37,530 bases of DNA from a virus. Lineage: Duplodnaviria > Heunggongvirae > Uroviricota > Caudoviricetes > Crassvirales. The position numbers and the translations under genes were made by a program. Location: IMG/VR virus record IMGVR_UViG_3300042473_001002; one strand, given 5' to 3'. Positions 28,306-35,975 of the stretch are shown here, in pieces (the stretch's first letter is position 1; the number at the start of each line of letters is the position of its first letter). A model generated the notes under the pieces. It saw only the letters and a program-made list of their open reading frames with translations, was not told the DNA's origin and made no database searches.

Positions 28306-28395
28306 ATTCCAATTAAATATTAGTATTAATATTAAATCTTTAATCTTGACATTTTAATATTTAATCAATATTATTACTAAAACTTTAATTGGAAT
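28306..28395. repeat. Long AT-rich imperfect inverted repeat
   Basis: ATTCCAATTAAA...TTTAATTGGAAT with inner AATATTAAA/TTTAATATT arms. Confidence 0.7.
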
Positions 28396-28607
28396 ATTAA
28401 TGTATCATTCTAACTTCCCAAGGGTTAGCAGTTGTAACCAAACCAGTGCGATGATGACACGTTGAGTTACAACTGAATACAGAGGGTATTTATAATCTAT
28501 TAATGGAAGGTTGTTGTTGACAAATAGGATAGGATGTATGATTCTGACTTAGACATTAGATCTAGTTAACCCTAAGTTGAATAAAACAACACAAATATTT
28601 ATAATTT

Positions 28608-28678
28608 AAACTCTATCCAATTGCAGGTGAGTAGCAAAATGCATATACAATAGACAAGGTGCAACCTTGTAGAGTTTA
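28608..28678 (+). ncRNA. tRNA-sized element with acceptor stem and T-like arm
   Basis: AAACTCT/AGAGTTT 7-bp stem and ACAAG-GTGCAAC-CTTGT 5-bp/7-nt arm; D and anticodon arms not resolvable. Confidence 0.35.
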
Positions 28679-28831
28679 TTTTATTTAGTGTTGATGTGAG
28701 CTTATACCTAAACCTCACTTATCATCACATCTAATCACACTCAAATAATCCAATCATATCAATACAATAGCTTTTATATCACATTAAAACATATTCAAAC
28801 ATATCCTAATTATAACTAATTACTAACTAAA

Positions 28832-29011
28832 ATGCTACAAATTATGTTAAAATTATTAAAATATATACCAATTTTAGGTCTAATTATTGTATTTATTTAC
28901 ATTGATAACATTAAAATTAGCCCAAATGTAAATAATTTATTAGACTATTTTGGGTCTGCAATATTTCAAACAATTTCAATATTAATTATAATGAAATTAT
29001 TATTCTTTTAA
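28832..29011 (+). CDS. 59-aa two-TM protein (not in ORF track)
   Basis: MLQIMLKLLKYIPILGLIIVFIYID...; AACTAA-A-rich start context. Confidence 0.55.
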   Translation: MLQIMLKLLKYIPILGLIIVFIYIDNIKISPNVNNLLDYFGSAIFQTISILIIMKLLFF

Positions 29012-29109
29012 ATACACGAACATATCAGACTATAGTGAGCTGAATAGTATAAGGATGGTAGCCTTGAGAATATCTAAAACAAATTATTAACTGACTAAAT
29101 AACAAAATT

Positions 29110-29310
29110 ATGAATTATCCAAAAGCAACTAAATTAAAAAGTAAAGGAGCTAAAATATTCAAATCTAATGCTGGTTTAAAACATAATCAATTTGTAACTT
29201 TACATAATATTGTAGATACATGGTATATAATTCTAGATTCAGACAATTTAGAAAATTATCCAATTGGACAAATTGAACAATATTCTGATTATGAATTAGA
29301 AGAATTTTAA
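29110..29310 (+). CDS. Hypothetical protein
   Basis: aaaattATG start context. Confidence 0.6.
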   Translation: MNYPKATKLKSKGAKIFKSNAGLKHNQFVTLHNIVDTWYIILDSDNLENYPIGQIEQYSDYELEEF

Positions 29311-29571
29311 CAACACTTTAGTCAGTCAATTACAGGTAATGCTGGGTTGACTGATTACAAAATTAAATCACTTGCTTGAAGATAAACAATAATATAAAAT
29401 AAGCCATTAGGCAACATTAGGTTAGAGTCCTAGTTAAAATAGTATTATAGACTGTACTAGAAGTCGTGTTTATTGTAAAGATATTAAATAAAGAATTGAC
29501 TAAGTTGCATGACAACCAGTAGGCTTTTAAATAATATTCCACTAGAATTTGGACAAGTGACTTTAATATAT

Positions 29572-29658
29572 GGGGTAGTAGTTTAAACAGGTATAGAACG
29601 CTTAGGGTAATGTCAATAAATCCAGCGAGATGTGTGGAACCCATCTCCACCTACTCCA
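29572..29658 (+). ncRNA. tRNA-like element with aberrant anticodon and T arms
   Basis: GGGGTAG/CTACTCC acceptor, TA, GTTT/GAAC D-stem with GG loop, GAGATG/CATCTC arm. Confidence 0.5.
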
Positions 29659-29694
29659 CAATTAAAATAATTAACAATCTTAAAAACAAATGTC

Positions 29695-30387
29695 ATGGAA
29701 CAGTTTAAAAGAGCAAAGGTAATAATGTTACCAACAAATAATAAATCATTACTACATATTAATTATTCAAAACTACAATTAAATAAATTTGAACAATTAG
29801 ATGTTAATAATCAAAATTTATATTTTATTTCAAATGATGAAATAAAAGAAGGTGATTGGTTTATTCATCATTCACATGGAATTACAACACTGTTAAAAGC
29901 TATTGAAATAAATAATAGAATATTTGACAATCAAGGAACTTCATGTAGTAAAGATTATTGTAAAAAAATCATAGCTACAACAGATACTTCATTAAAAGTT
30001 AATTCTGAAGTAAATAATAATAATTCAATTAAATTTTTATTACCTCAACCATCACAACAATTTATTGAAAAATATATTGAATCTTATAATAAAAGTGATG
30101 TAGGTTCTAATAATTATACTGTTACTGATGTATTAGTTGAGTATGAAAAATGCTCTCACAAAACTTGTAATAATGGTTGTGATTCACAAATGTGTAGAAA
30201 TCAACATTATAAACTTAAAGTAAATCCTAAAGACAATACTATTACAATTAAAAAATTAAAAGATAGTTGGAATAGAGAAGAATATGAAATAGGTTTAAGA
30301 AAATCATTTAATGCAGGAATGAATTATGCAGAAGGAGGACACTTCGGTATTCCTGATGAAAATAAATGGATTGAACAAAATTTATAA
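29695..30387 (+). CDS. Conserved Bacteroidota-phage hypothetical protein
   Basis: EIKEGDW, CKKIIATTD, LPQPSQQFIEKY, VLVEYE modules recur in such phages, as recalled. Confidence 0.65.
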   Translation: MEQFKRAKVIMLPTNNKSLLHINYSKLQLNKFEQLDVNNQNLYFISNDEIKEGDWFIHHSHGITTLLKAIEINNRIFDNQGTSCSKDYCKKIIATTDTSLKVNSEVNNNNSIKFLLPQPSQQFIEKYIESYNKSDVGSNNYTVTDVLVEYEKCSHKTCNNGCDSQMCRNQHYKLKVNPKDNTITIKKLKDSWNREEYEIGLRKSFNAGMNYAEGGHFGIPDENKWIEQNL

Positions 30388-30402
30388 AAACAATTAAAAA
30401 TT

Positions 30403-30597
30403 ATGAAAACATTAAAATACATTTTAGGAGTAATATTAGGATTAATATGTCTAATATTTATTGAAGGATTGATGACACTTGGTAATGCCTTTAAATTTGA
30501 ACAATATAACGTATTTGGATATTTTATTCAAACATTATTTGTAATAGCTACAATATGTATATCAATTATTGTAACTGAAAAAGAAATTAACTCATAA
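30403..30597 (+). CDS. Two-TM membrane protein
   Basis: Hydrophobic helices. Confidence 0.6.
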   Translation: MKTLKYILGVILGLICLIFIEGLMTLGNAFKFEQYNVFGYFIQTLFVIATICISIIVTEKEINS

Positions 30598-30680
30598 ATA
30601 AATTAAAACTATGTGACACATTATTGTGGAAAGCTGAAACGCAAAAACACATAGTTTTATTTTAATTAACTAACAAAATT

Positions 30681-31142
30681 ATGAAAAAACTATTATTATT
30701 GTTAATGTTCACAATAGTTGGACATTCTCAAATTAACAAAACATTAAATTTCAATTTCTTAGCAGATAAAACTGCACATTTAATAACTGAAATTGAAGCA
30801 ATTGAAAAAAATATTTACATTAAACAATCATTAGAATATGCTCCAATGATTGAAGGTGGATATTTTGCAACAGGTACAGCTTTAGGTTATTCTAAAGAAT
30901 TAGGATTGTTTAAAAATTATAGAATATCTATTGCACCTAAACTACAATTTATTGTACGTGGTGGTAATGTATATCCCTCATATGGTGGAGAAATTGGTGT
31001 AGATAAAACGTTTTGGTCTGGATTAATACTAGGTATTAGAGGAACATATGATTATAGAACTGATTTTGAATATTGGGGAGATAAATATTCAGCAGATTGG
31101 CAACCTAGTTTATTTGTTAAAATAGGTTGGAAATTAAACTAA
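30681..31142 (+). CDS. Outer-membrane beta-barrel protein with signal peptide
   Basis: MKKLLLLLMFTIVGHSQ signal peptide, amphipathic strands, terminal LFVKIGWKLN. Confidence 0.7.
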   Translation: MKKLLLLLMFTIVGHSQINKTLNFNFLADKTAHLITEIEAIEKNIYIKQSLEYAPMIEGGYFATGTALGYSKELGLFKNYRISIAPKLQFIVRGGNVYPSYGGEIGVDKTFWSGLILGIRGTYDYRTDFEYWGDKYSADWQPSLFVKIGWKLN

Positions 31143-31245
31143 TATATTTATTGCGAGTAAATATAATAATTCATCAGCCCTTTGTGGTCCCACCTAAGTG
31201 ATGTATGACTCGATAGTGGTGTAGAGTCTTTTTAAATTAAATATT

Positions 31246-31356
31246 ATGAAACTATCAAATAAATTACAATTTAAACTATTAGTATCAACAGCTATATTAT
31301 TTAAATTATCATTAATATTAATTATAGCTTGTTGTATTAAATATTTAATAACTTAA
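31246..31356 (+). CDS. 36-aa single-TM peptide (not in ORF track)
   Basis: MKLSNKLQFKLLVSTAILFKLSLILIIACCIKYLIT. Confidence 0.4.
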   Translation: MKLSNKLQFKLLVSTAILFKLSLILIIACCIKYLIT

Positions 31357-31359
31357 ATT

Positions 31360-31626
31360 ATGAGTGTACAAGATAAAGTAAGAGCTATTCATGGAATAGA
31401 AAATTATTTAAGAAAATTTAAAATTGATGTTAATATTAATAAAGATAAACACATTAATCAAATATTTTTAGATTTTGCTAAATCTATGAATTGGGAACAT
31501 GAATTTGTTAAACAAAATAAACCTAATTATAAAGGTTCTAATAAACCTTCATGGTCTAATGCTTTATTAATACAAGCTAATTTTAAAGATTTTACTAACT
31601 ATATTACTAAAAATTATGAAAAATAA
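31360..31626 (+). CDS. Hypothetical protein
   Basis: ttATG context. Confidence 0.6.
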   Translation: MSVQDKVRAIHGIENYLRKFKIDVNINKDKHINQIFLDFAKSMNWEHEFVKQNKPNYKGSNKPSWSNALLIQANFKDFTNYITKNYEK

Positions 31627-31939
31627 TACAAAATTACAACAACAAGGTTATTCAGGTGTTAAAGTAACATCAATGTTAAATGCTTGTTTATCAAATGAAA
31701 TTAAAGTACATTTGAGATTAGTTCAATTAGATAATTTATCTAAGATTAATAACAAATATTTCAAAACTAAATTAATTTCCAAACCAGAAATGACTCTTCT
31801 GTGGAATATTTATTGGAATTTTGTATTAAATGATTTTAGATTTGATGATAAATCTAAAGAATATACTGTTGTTAAATCAATAGTTAAAACTGAACCAAAA
31901 CATATTGGTATGATTATGTTTGAAGAAATGAATAAATAA
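31616..31939 (+). CDS. Hypothetical protein
   Basis: Overlaps the upstream gene. Confidence 0.6.
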   Translation: MKNNTKLQQQGYSGVKVTSMLNACLSNEIKVHLRLVQLDNLSKINNKYFKTKLISKPEMTLLWNIYWNFVLNDFRFDDKSKEYTVVKSIVKTEPKHIGMIMFEEMNK

Positions 31940-31964
31940 ATTAACTAAATTAAATATTAAAATT

Positions 31965-32363
31965 ATGAAAAATCAAGAAATTACACCAGGGGATACTATT
32001 GTTTACAACTTAGTAAACAATGTTAAAGTAGTTCAACCTATTAACAAACAAGCTTTTGTTAATGAAAAAGGAAGACAACGTACTCATCAAGACATGATCA
32101 ACTTGTTTTCAGATACAGCATTTGATAAAAGAGCTGAATCTTTCACATTAAATTCTGAATCAGTTGTAAATGAAGTTCAAACATTTGAGCCAGAATTTAC
32201 AGCTAAAGAAAGATACAATGCTAAAAAAGACTATAAAGATTTTAAAAAAGAAAATCCAAATGGTTTTAATAATTCATTGAAACAATTCAGAGCTATGGTA
32301 ACTGACAAATTTGCTAACACAAAAATGCGTGTTAGAATGAATGTGACTGTTATTGGAGTATAA
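31965..32363 (+). CDS. Hypothetical protein with high-expression codon bias
   Basis: aaaattATG; GCT/AAC/TTC codons. Confidence 0.65.
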   Translation: MKNQEITPGDTIVYNLVNNVKVVQPINKQAFVNEKGRQRTHQDMINLFSDTAFDKRAESFTLNSESVVNEVQTFEPEFTAKERYNAKKDYKDFKKENPNGFNNSLKQFRAMVTDKFANTKMRVRMNVTVIGV

Positions 32364-32519
32364 ATTATAATAAAGTGTTGCCACTATTACGATAAGTACT
32401 TTACAAAATTGCAATTTTGTTTTATAGGAAATATATCTAGCATAGAGATTACTAACACGCAATCTGGTTAAAGTCAGATCAACACTTTATTTTATTAACT
32501 AATTAAAATTAAAAAAATT

Positions 32520-32810
32520 ATGACAAATACAATATTATTAGTAAATTCTACATTACTATCTATTTTATGGATTGTAGTAGCTGTAGCATTAGGAATTGTT
32601 TGTTATATGTTAAGAACAGCTCCTGAACTAGATGAAAATGAAAATATTAAAGATAATTCAATTCATCAAAATATCCAATCTATTAATAGAATGGGATATA
32701 AACCTGAAGAAGATGATGAATTAGATGGTTATCACAATGCTGAAAAACCACATGTTCAACAAGGATCTTATATTAATGAACATATGAAATCTGTAATTGA
32801 TAAAACTTAA
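32520..32810 (+). CDS. Single-TM membrane protein
   Basis: N-terminal TM segment, acidic tail. Confidence 0.6.
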   Translation: MTNTILLVNSTLLSILWIVVAVALGIVCYMLRTAPELDENENIKDNSIHQNIQSINRMGYKPEEDDELDGYHNAEKPHVQQGSYINEHMKSVIDKT

Positions 32811-33006
32811 TATTATGTTATATCTAATAGCGTGTTTTTGCATATACGGATTTGATTTACATTGGTCTTGGTATATTTGGTCATTGATAATATATTTAAT
32901 ACATATGTCAAATAAAAATAAATAAATATTATGAGTAATAAAAACAAGTGTTTCTTTCATTAAAAACTGCTGGTGGATTTATATTTACTAAAAAACTTCC
33001 ATTATT

Positions 33007-33222
33007 ATGATACAATTAGGAAATTTAATAGTATTATGTATAATTATTATTATTTATATAATATGGACTTATTATTCAATTAAAGATATAATTAGTATAA
33101 ATAATAAAATATCAAATAGTATATCAGATAGTACAGGTGTTTGGTTTATGTTAACATGTCTTATACTTCTTATATCATTTTTTATAACAATAAATTATTT
33201 AAATAAATATACAATACCATAG
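33007..33222 (+). CDS. Two-TM membrane protein
   Basis: Hydrophobic helices. Confidence 0.6.
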   Translation: MIQLGNLIVLCIIIIIYIIWTYYSIKDIISINNKISNSISDSTGVWFMLTCLILLISFFITINYLNKYTIP

Positions 33223-33541
33223 TATAATTCAAAAAGGCATTAGGAGAATTATATTATCAAACCTTATCACAGGATGCCTGAAATACCCGAAACTATGTTG
33301 CTAACATAGTAGTAACGCTGTATGATAAGGTTATTTGAAAAAACAAAACCATCTAATCCTTAAAATGGCTAGGAGTGAAATTATATGTACTGTTAGCAGT
33401 TAATTATAATGGAACTTGTGAGAGTTAATAGTATATAAAATTATAAATCCGTTTATGTTTATTGTTAACATTCAAGAAATATATAATAAAATACAATATT
33501 TAACGCCTTCACTTAGATGGTTTTTTATTAATAAATAAATT

Positions 33542-33790
33542 ATGAAAATAATAAATTTCAGGTTATATAATAAACAAAAGATTTTTATTTGTATTAAATT
33601 TAAAAATAATTATTCTCAAGTTTATAGTCTAACAGACCAGATTGAAAGATATAATTTAAATACTAAAAAAAAGATATTAAATCATATTTTAAAACTAAAG
33701 ATTAAAGATACTAAATATATTTGTCTATATAAAATATATAATTCAGATAAATATAATAAAAAATGGATTGAATCAATTCAAACTAATTAA
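33542..33790 (+). CDS. Basic hypothetical protein
   Basis: ttATG context. Confidence 0.45.
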   Translation: MKIINFRLYNKQKIFICIKFKNNYSQVYSLTDQIERYNLNTKKKILNHILKLKIKDTKYICLYKIYNSDKYNKKWIESIQTN

Positions 33791-33806
33791 AAATAAATTA
33801 AAAATT

Positions 33807-34472
33807 ATGAAATTAAAATTATTATTTGTTGCATTAATGACTATGACTCTGTCTTTTGCACAAGAAAAACAAGTTGATAAAATAATAGACAACTCTAAAG
33901 ATGGAGTTTCTACTGTTTACAATGATGGTAAAGAAGCTGTAAGTACAGTATATAAAGATGTTAAATCAATGTCACCTAAAGTAGAAGAAGCTGTTAAATC
34001 ATTAGCAGAACAATTTAAAACTACTACAAATGCATTGTGGAATATATTAGTTAAACAACAATTAGTTTGGTCTATTTGTTTTTTAATATTAACATTAACA
34101 TCTATATTTAATTGGTGGTTATTTTATAAACGTAATTTAAATACCAATATAAAAGATAGTGATTATGTAGTTGGTGAAAAAGATATGATTGGAGATGTTC
34201 CAAATCCACAATATGATAGATATTATGCAGATCGTACAGGTGATATTAGATCCAAACCTTTTATACCAGGAATTATTGGTGGTAAAGAAAATATTTTATT
34301 ATTTAAAGGAGATGTTAAATTACAAAACAATTGGTTTAAATATTTACATTTAGTTATTTGTATAACATTATCTGTATTTAGTTTTTATCATTTTAGTGAT
34401 ATGTTAACTGGATTCTTTAATCCTGAATATGGTGCATTACAAACAATTATGAAAGTAGCAACTAAATTATAA
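33807..34472 (+). CDS. Signal-peptide membrane protein (ATG at 33807)
   Basis: MKLKLLFVALMTMTLSFAQ signal peptide and two further TM segments. Confidence 0.65.
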   Translation: MKLKLLFVALMTMTLSFAQEKQVDKIIDNSKDGVSTVYNDGKEAVSTVYKDVKSMSPKVEEAVKSLAEQFKTTTNALWNILVKQQLVWSICFLILTLTSIFNWWLFYKRNLNTNIKDSDYVVGEKDMIGDVPNPQYDRYYADRTGDIRSKPFIPGIIGGKENILLFKGDVKLQNNWFKYLHLVICITLSVFSFYHFSDMLTGFFNPEYGALQTIMKVATKL

Positions 34473-34476
34473 TATT

Positions 34477-34689
34477 ATGACAATATTATTAATTATTGGT
34501 ATTTTACTAATTCTTGTAGCAATTAGTGTTTTAATTAGTTCATTTATGATTGCATGTAAAAATGATTTTAATGAAGGACAAACTATAGGTTTCGTTTTAA
34601 TTACAATTGTACTTACTTTAATTTTTGGAGCTTATGGTATAATGCTAACAAATCAATTTATACAAATAATATTAAACAATTACGAATAA
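34477..34689 (+). CDS. Two-TM membrane protein
   Basis: Hydrophobic helices. Confidence 0.6.
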   Translation: MTILLIIGILLILVAISVLISSFMIACKNDFNEGQTIGFVLITIVLTLIFGAYGIMLTNQFIQIILNNYE

Positions 34690-34883
34690 AATGAGTAAAA
34701 ATTCAAATAAATCAAAATTAAATCAACTAATGAGTTGGTTAGAAACTAGTAAAGTAATTAAACCAATTATTACTTTATACAATTAGAATGGTAGTAAACT
34801 ACCACATAAAGTATTGGGACCTGAACAAAAGTTCTTGAAGAAATGTGCTATAATAAGTTTTCCATGCACAATATTTTAATAAA

Positions 34884-34952
34884 GATGAGATAGTTTAGCG
34901 TTTAAAACACTACTTTGTTTGTAGTACATGGGTTGGAATCCCATAATCATCT
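34884..34952 (+). tRNA. Degenerate tRNA (nominal Thr-UGU) / tRNA-like RNA
   Basis: Cloverleaf: GATGA/TCATC acceptor with two mismatches, GTTT/AAAC, ACTAC-TTTGTTT-GTAGT, ATGGG-TTGGAAT-CCCAT. Confidence 0.5.
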
Positions 34953-35068
34953 TGTCGTAGCTTTATAGAGAGGCTTTAGCAAAATAATCTCTTGTAATGA
35001 GACCAATAGGACATATTCAAATTATATGTCCTTATTGAGTCTTAAATTAACTAATTAATAATAAAATT

Positions 35069-35338
35069 ATGAAAAATGAAGAATTACGTAGATTAAAATC
35101 TGCATTAATACAATATAATATTTGTTTATTATTACCATTTATGAAAATAATTTTTAAATGTAGTTATGGCTTATGTAGTCATTTTGATTTTAATTTACCT
35201 AAAGACTTATCAAAATTAAATCCAAATACTTATGAAGAGTATATGTTAAATGATTATTGGTTTAAAGTGGGTGAATTAAAACCTAGAATTAAATTAATTA
35301 AACAAGCAATTATTAATACTAAAGCTAAATATAAATAA
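35069..35338 (+). CDS. Hypothetical protein
   Basis: YWF...ELKPRIKLIKQAI C-terminal motif; ttATG context. Confidence 0.6.
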   Translation: MKNEELRRLKSALIQYNICLLLPFMKIIFKCSYGLCSHFDFNLPKDLSKLNPNTYEEYMLNDYWFKVGELKPRIKLIKQAIINTKAKYK

Positions 35339-35449
35339 TGAACAACTACTACAAATTAATATTTAGTAATGGAGAAATTGTATATCAACATATATTTAAT
35401 CGTATTGATTTAAATAATTGTTTTAAAAATAACTAAAAACTAAAAAATT

Positions 35450-35680
35450 ATGAACACAATTCAAATAATATTAGTATATATAATAATAGTAATTACTTTT
35501 TATTATATTAATAGAAGATTATTAATAGATAATCTAAGTAGAGGTAATACTTATAACTGGGATATGGTAACTGTAAATATGTGCTGTAGTTTAATAATAT
35601 TTCCATCTGTAATGTATTGGATAATTTTGATAATATTTAAATTACCAAAGTTTCCAAAACGACCACCTAAATGGTTGTAA
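35450..35680 (+). CDS. Two-TM membrane protein
   Basis: Hydrophobic helices; KPPKWL-like C-terminus. Confidence 0.6.
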   Translation: MNTIQIILVYIIIVITFYYINRRLLIDNLSRGNTYNWDMVTVNMCCSLIIFPSVMYWIILIIFKLPKFPKRPPKWL

Positions 35681-35691
35681 CTAATTAAGAT

Positions 35692-35765
35692 CAGTGTTGA
35701 GCTTTATGGTAAGCGATCCGACAGGATGTTGGATAGTGAAATCAGTTCGATTCTGATAACACTGA
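35692..35765 (+). tRNA. tRNA-like RNA with non-canonical anticodon arm (isotype undetermined)
   Basis: CAGTGTT/AACACTG, GCTT-TATGGT-AAGC, ATCCGA-CAGGATG-TTGGAT, ATCAG-TTCGATT-CTGAT. Confidence 0.65.
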
Positions 35766-35806
35766 CAAATCAATTTCATAGTTTGATTTAGTTAGTTAGT
35801 TTTTAG

Positions 35807-35918
35807 ATATGGGTGAAATAATCCGTTAAGGATAGGTATAATATTAATAAGTTCGAGTCTTAGTCTGGAAACCGTAATCAGGTCGGTCCAGATATTATTA
35901 TGTTAAAGTAACCCATAT
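35807..35918 (+). ncRNA. Candidate multibranch ncRNA with a T-loop hairpin
   Basis: ATATGGGT/ACCCATAT closing stem; ATCC/GGAT, TAAG-TTCGAGT-CTTA, TCTGG..ACCG/CGGT..CCAGA. Confidence 0.5.
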
Positions 35919-35975
35919 TTATTTTAAATAACTATAAATTATGAATATAAAATAAACTAATAAATAATAAAAATT

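Noticed and set aside
28450-28478. Box C (ATGATGA) / box D (CTGA) or hammerhead-like motif
   Set aside because: Short motifs are expected by chance; the hammerhead CUGAUGA/GAAA core is absent, and C/D guides are not expected in a Bacteroidota phage.
29417-29650. 77-aa minus-strand ORF
   Set aside because: Antisense to the local gene direction, lacks the start context, and overlaps the plus-strand tRNA-like element.
26590-29658. tmRNA
   Set aside because: No tag frame ending in a typical ALAA-like motif and no GGGG...UCCACCA pair spanning about 350 nt; the GGGGTAG element closes after only 87 nt.
3468-32960. Shadow ORFs (3468-3674, 5740-5973, 8485-8685, 11823-12074, 12339-12521, 13551-13739, 16451-16642, 19456-19659, 25509-25766, 27007-27273, 32274-32462, 32721-32960)
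   Set aside because: They overlap well-supported genes or regulatory DNA in other frames or strands, with atypical composition and no start context.
34953-35045. HDV-like theta ribozyme after the tRNA-like genes
   Set aside because: I could not build the P1/P1.1/P2/P3 nested pseudoknot by eye here or after 35765; a motif search would settle it.
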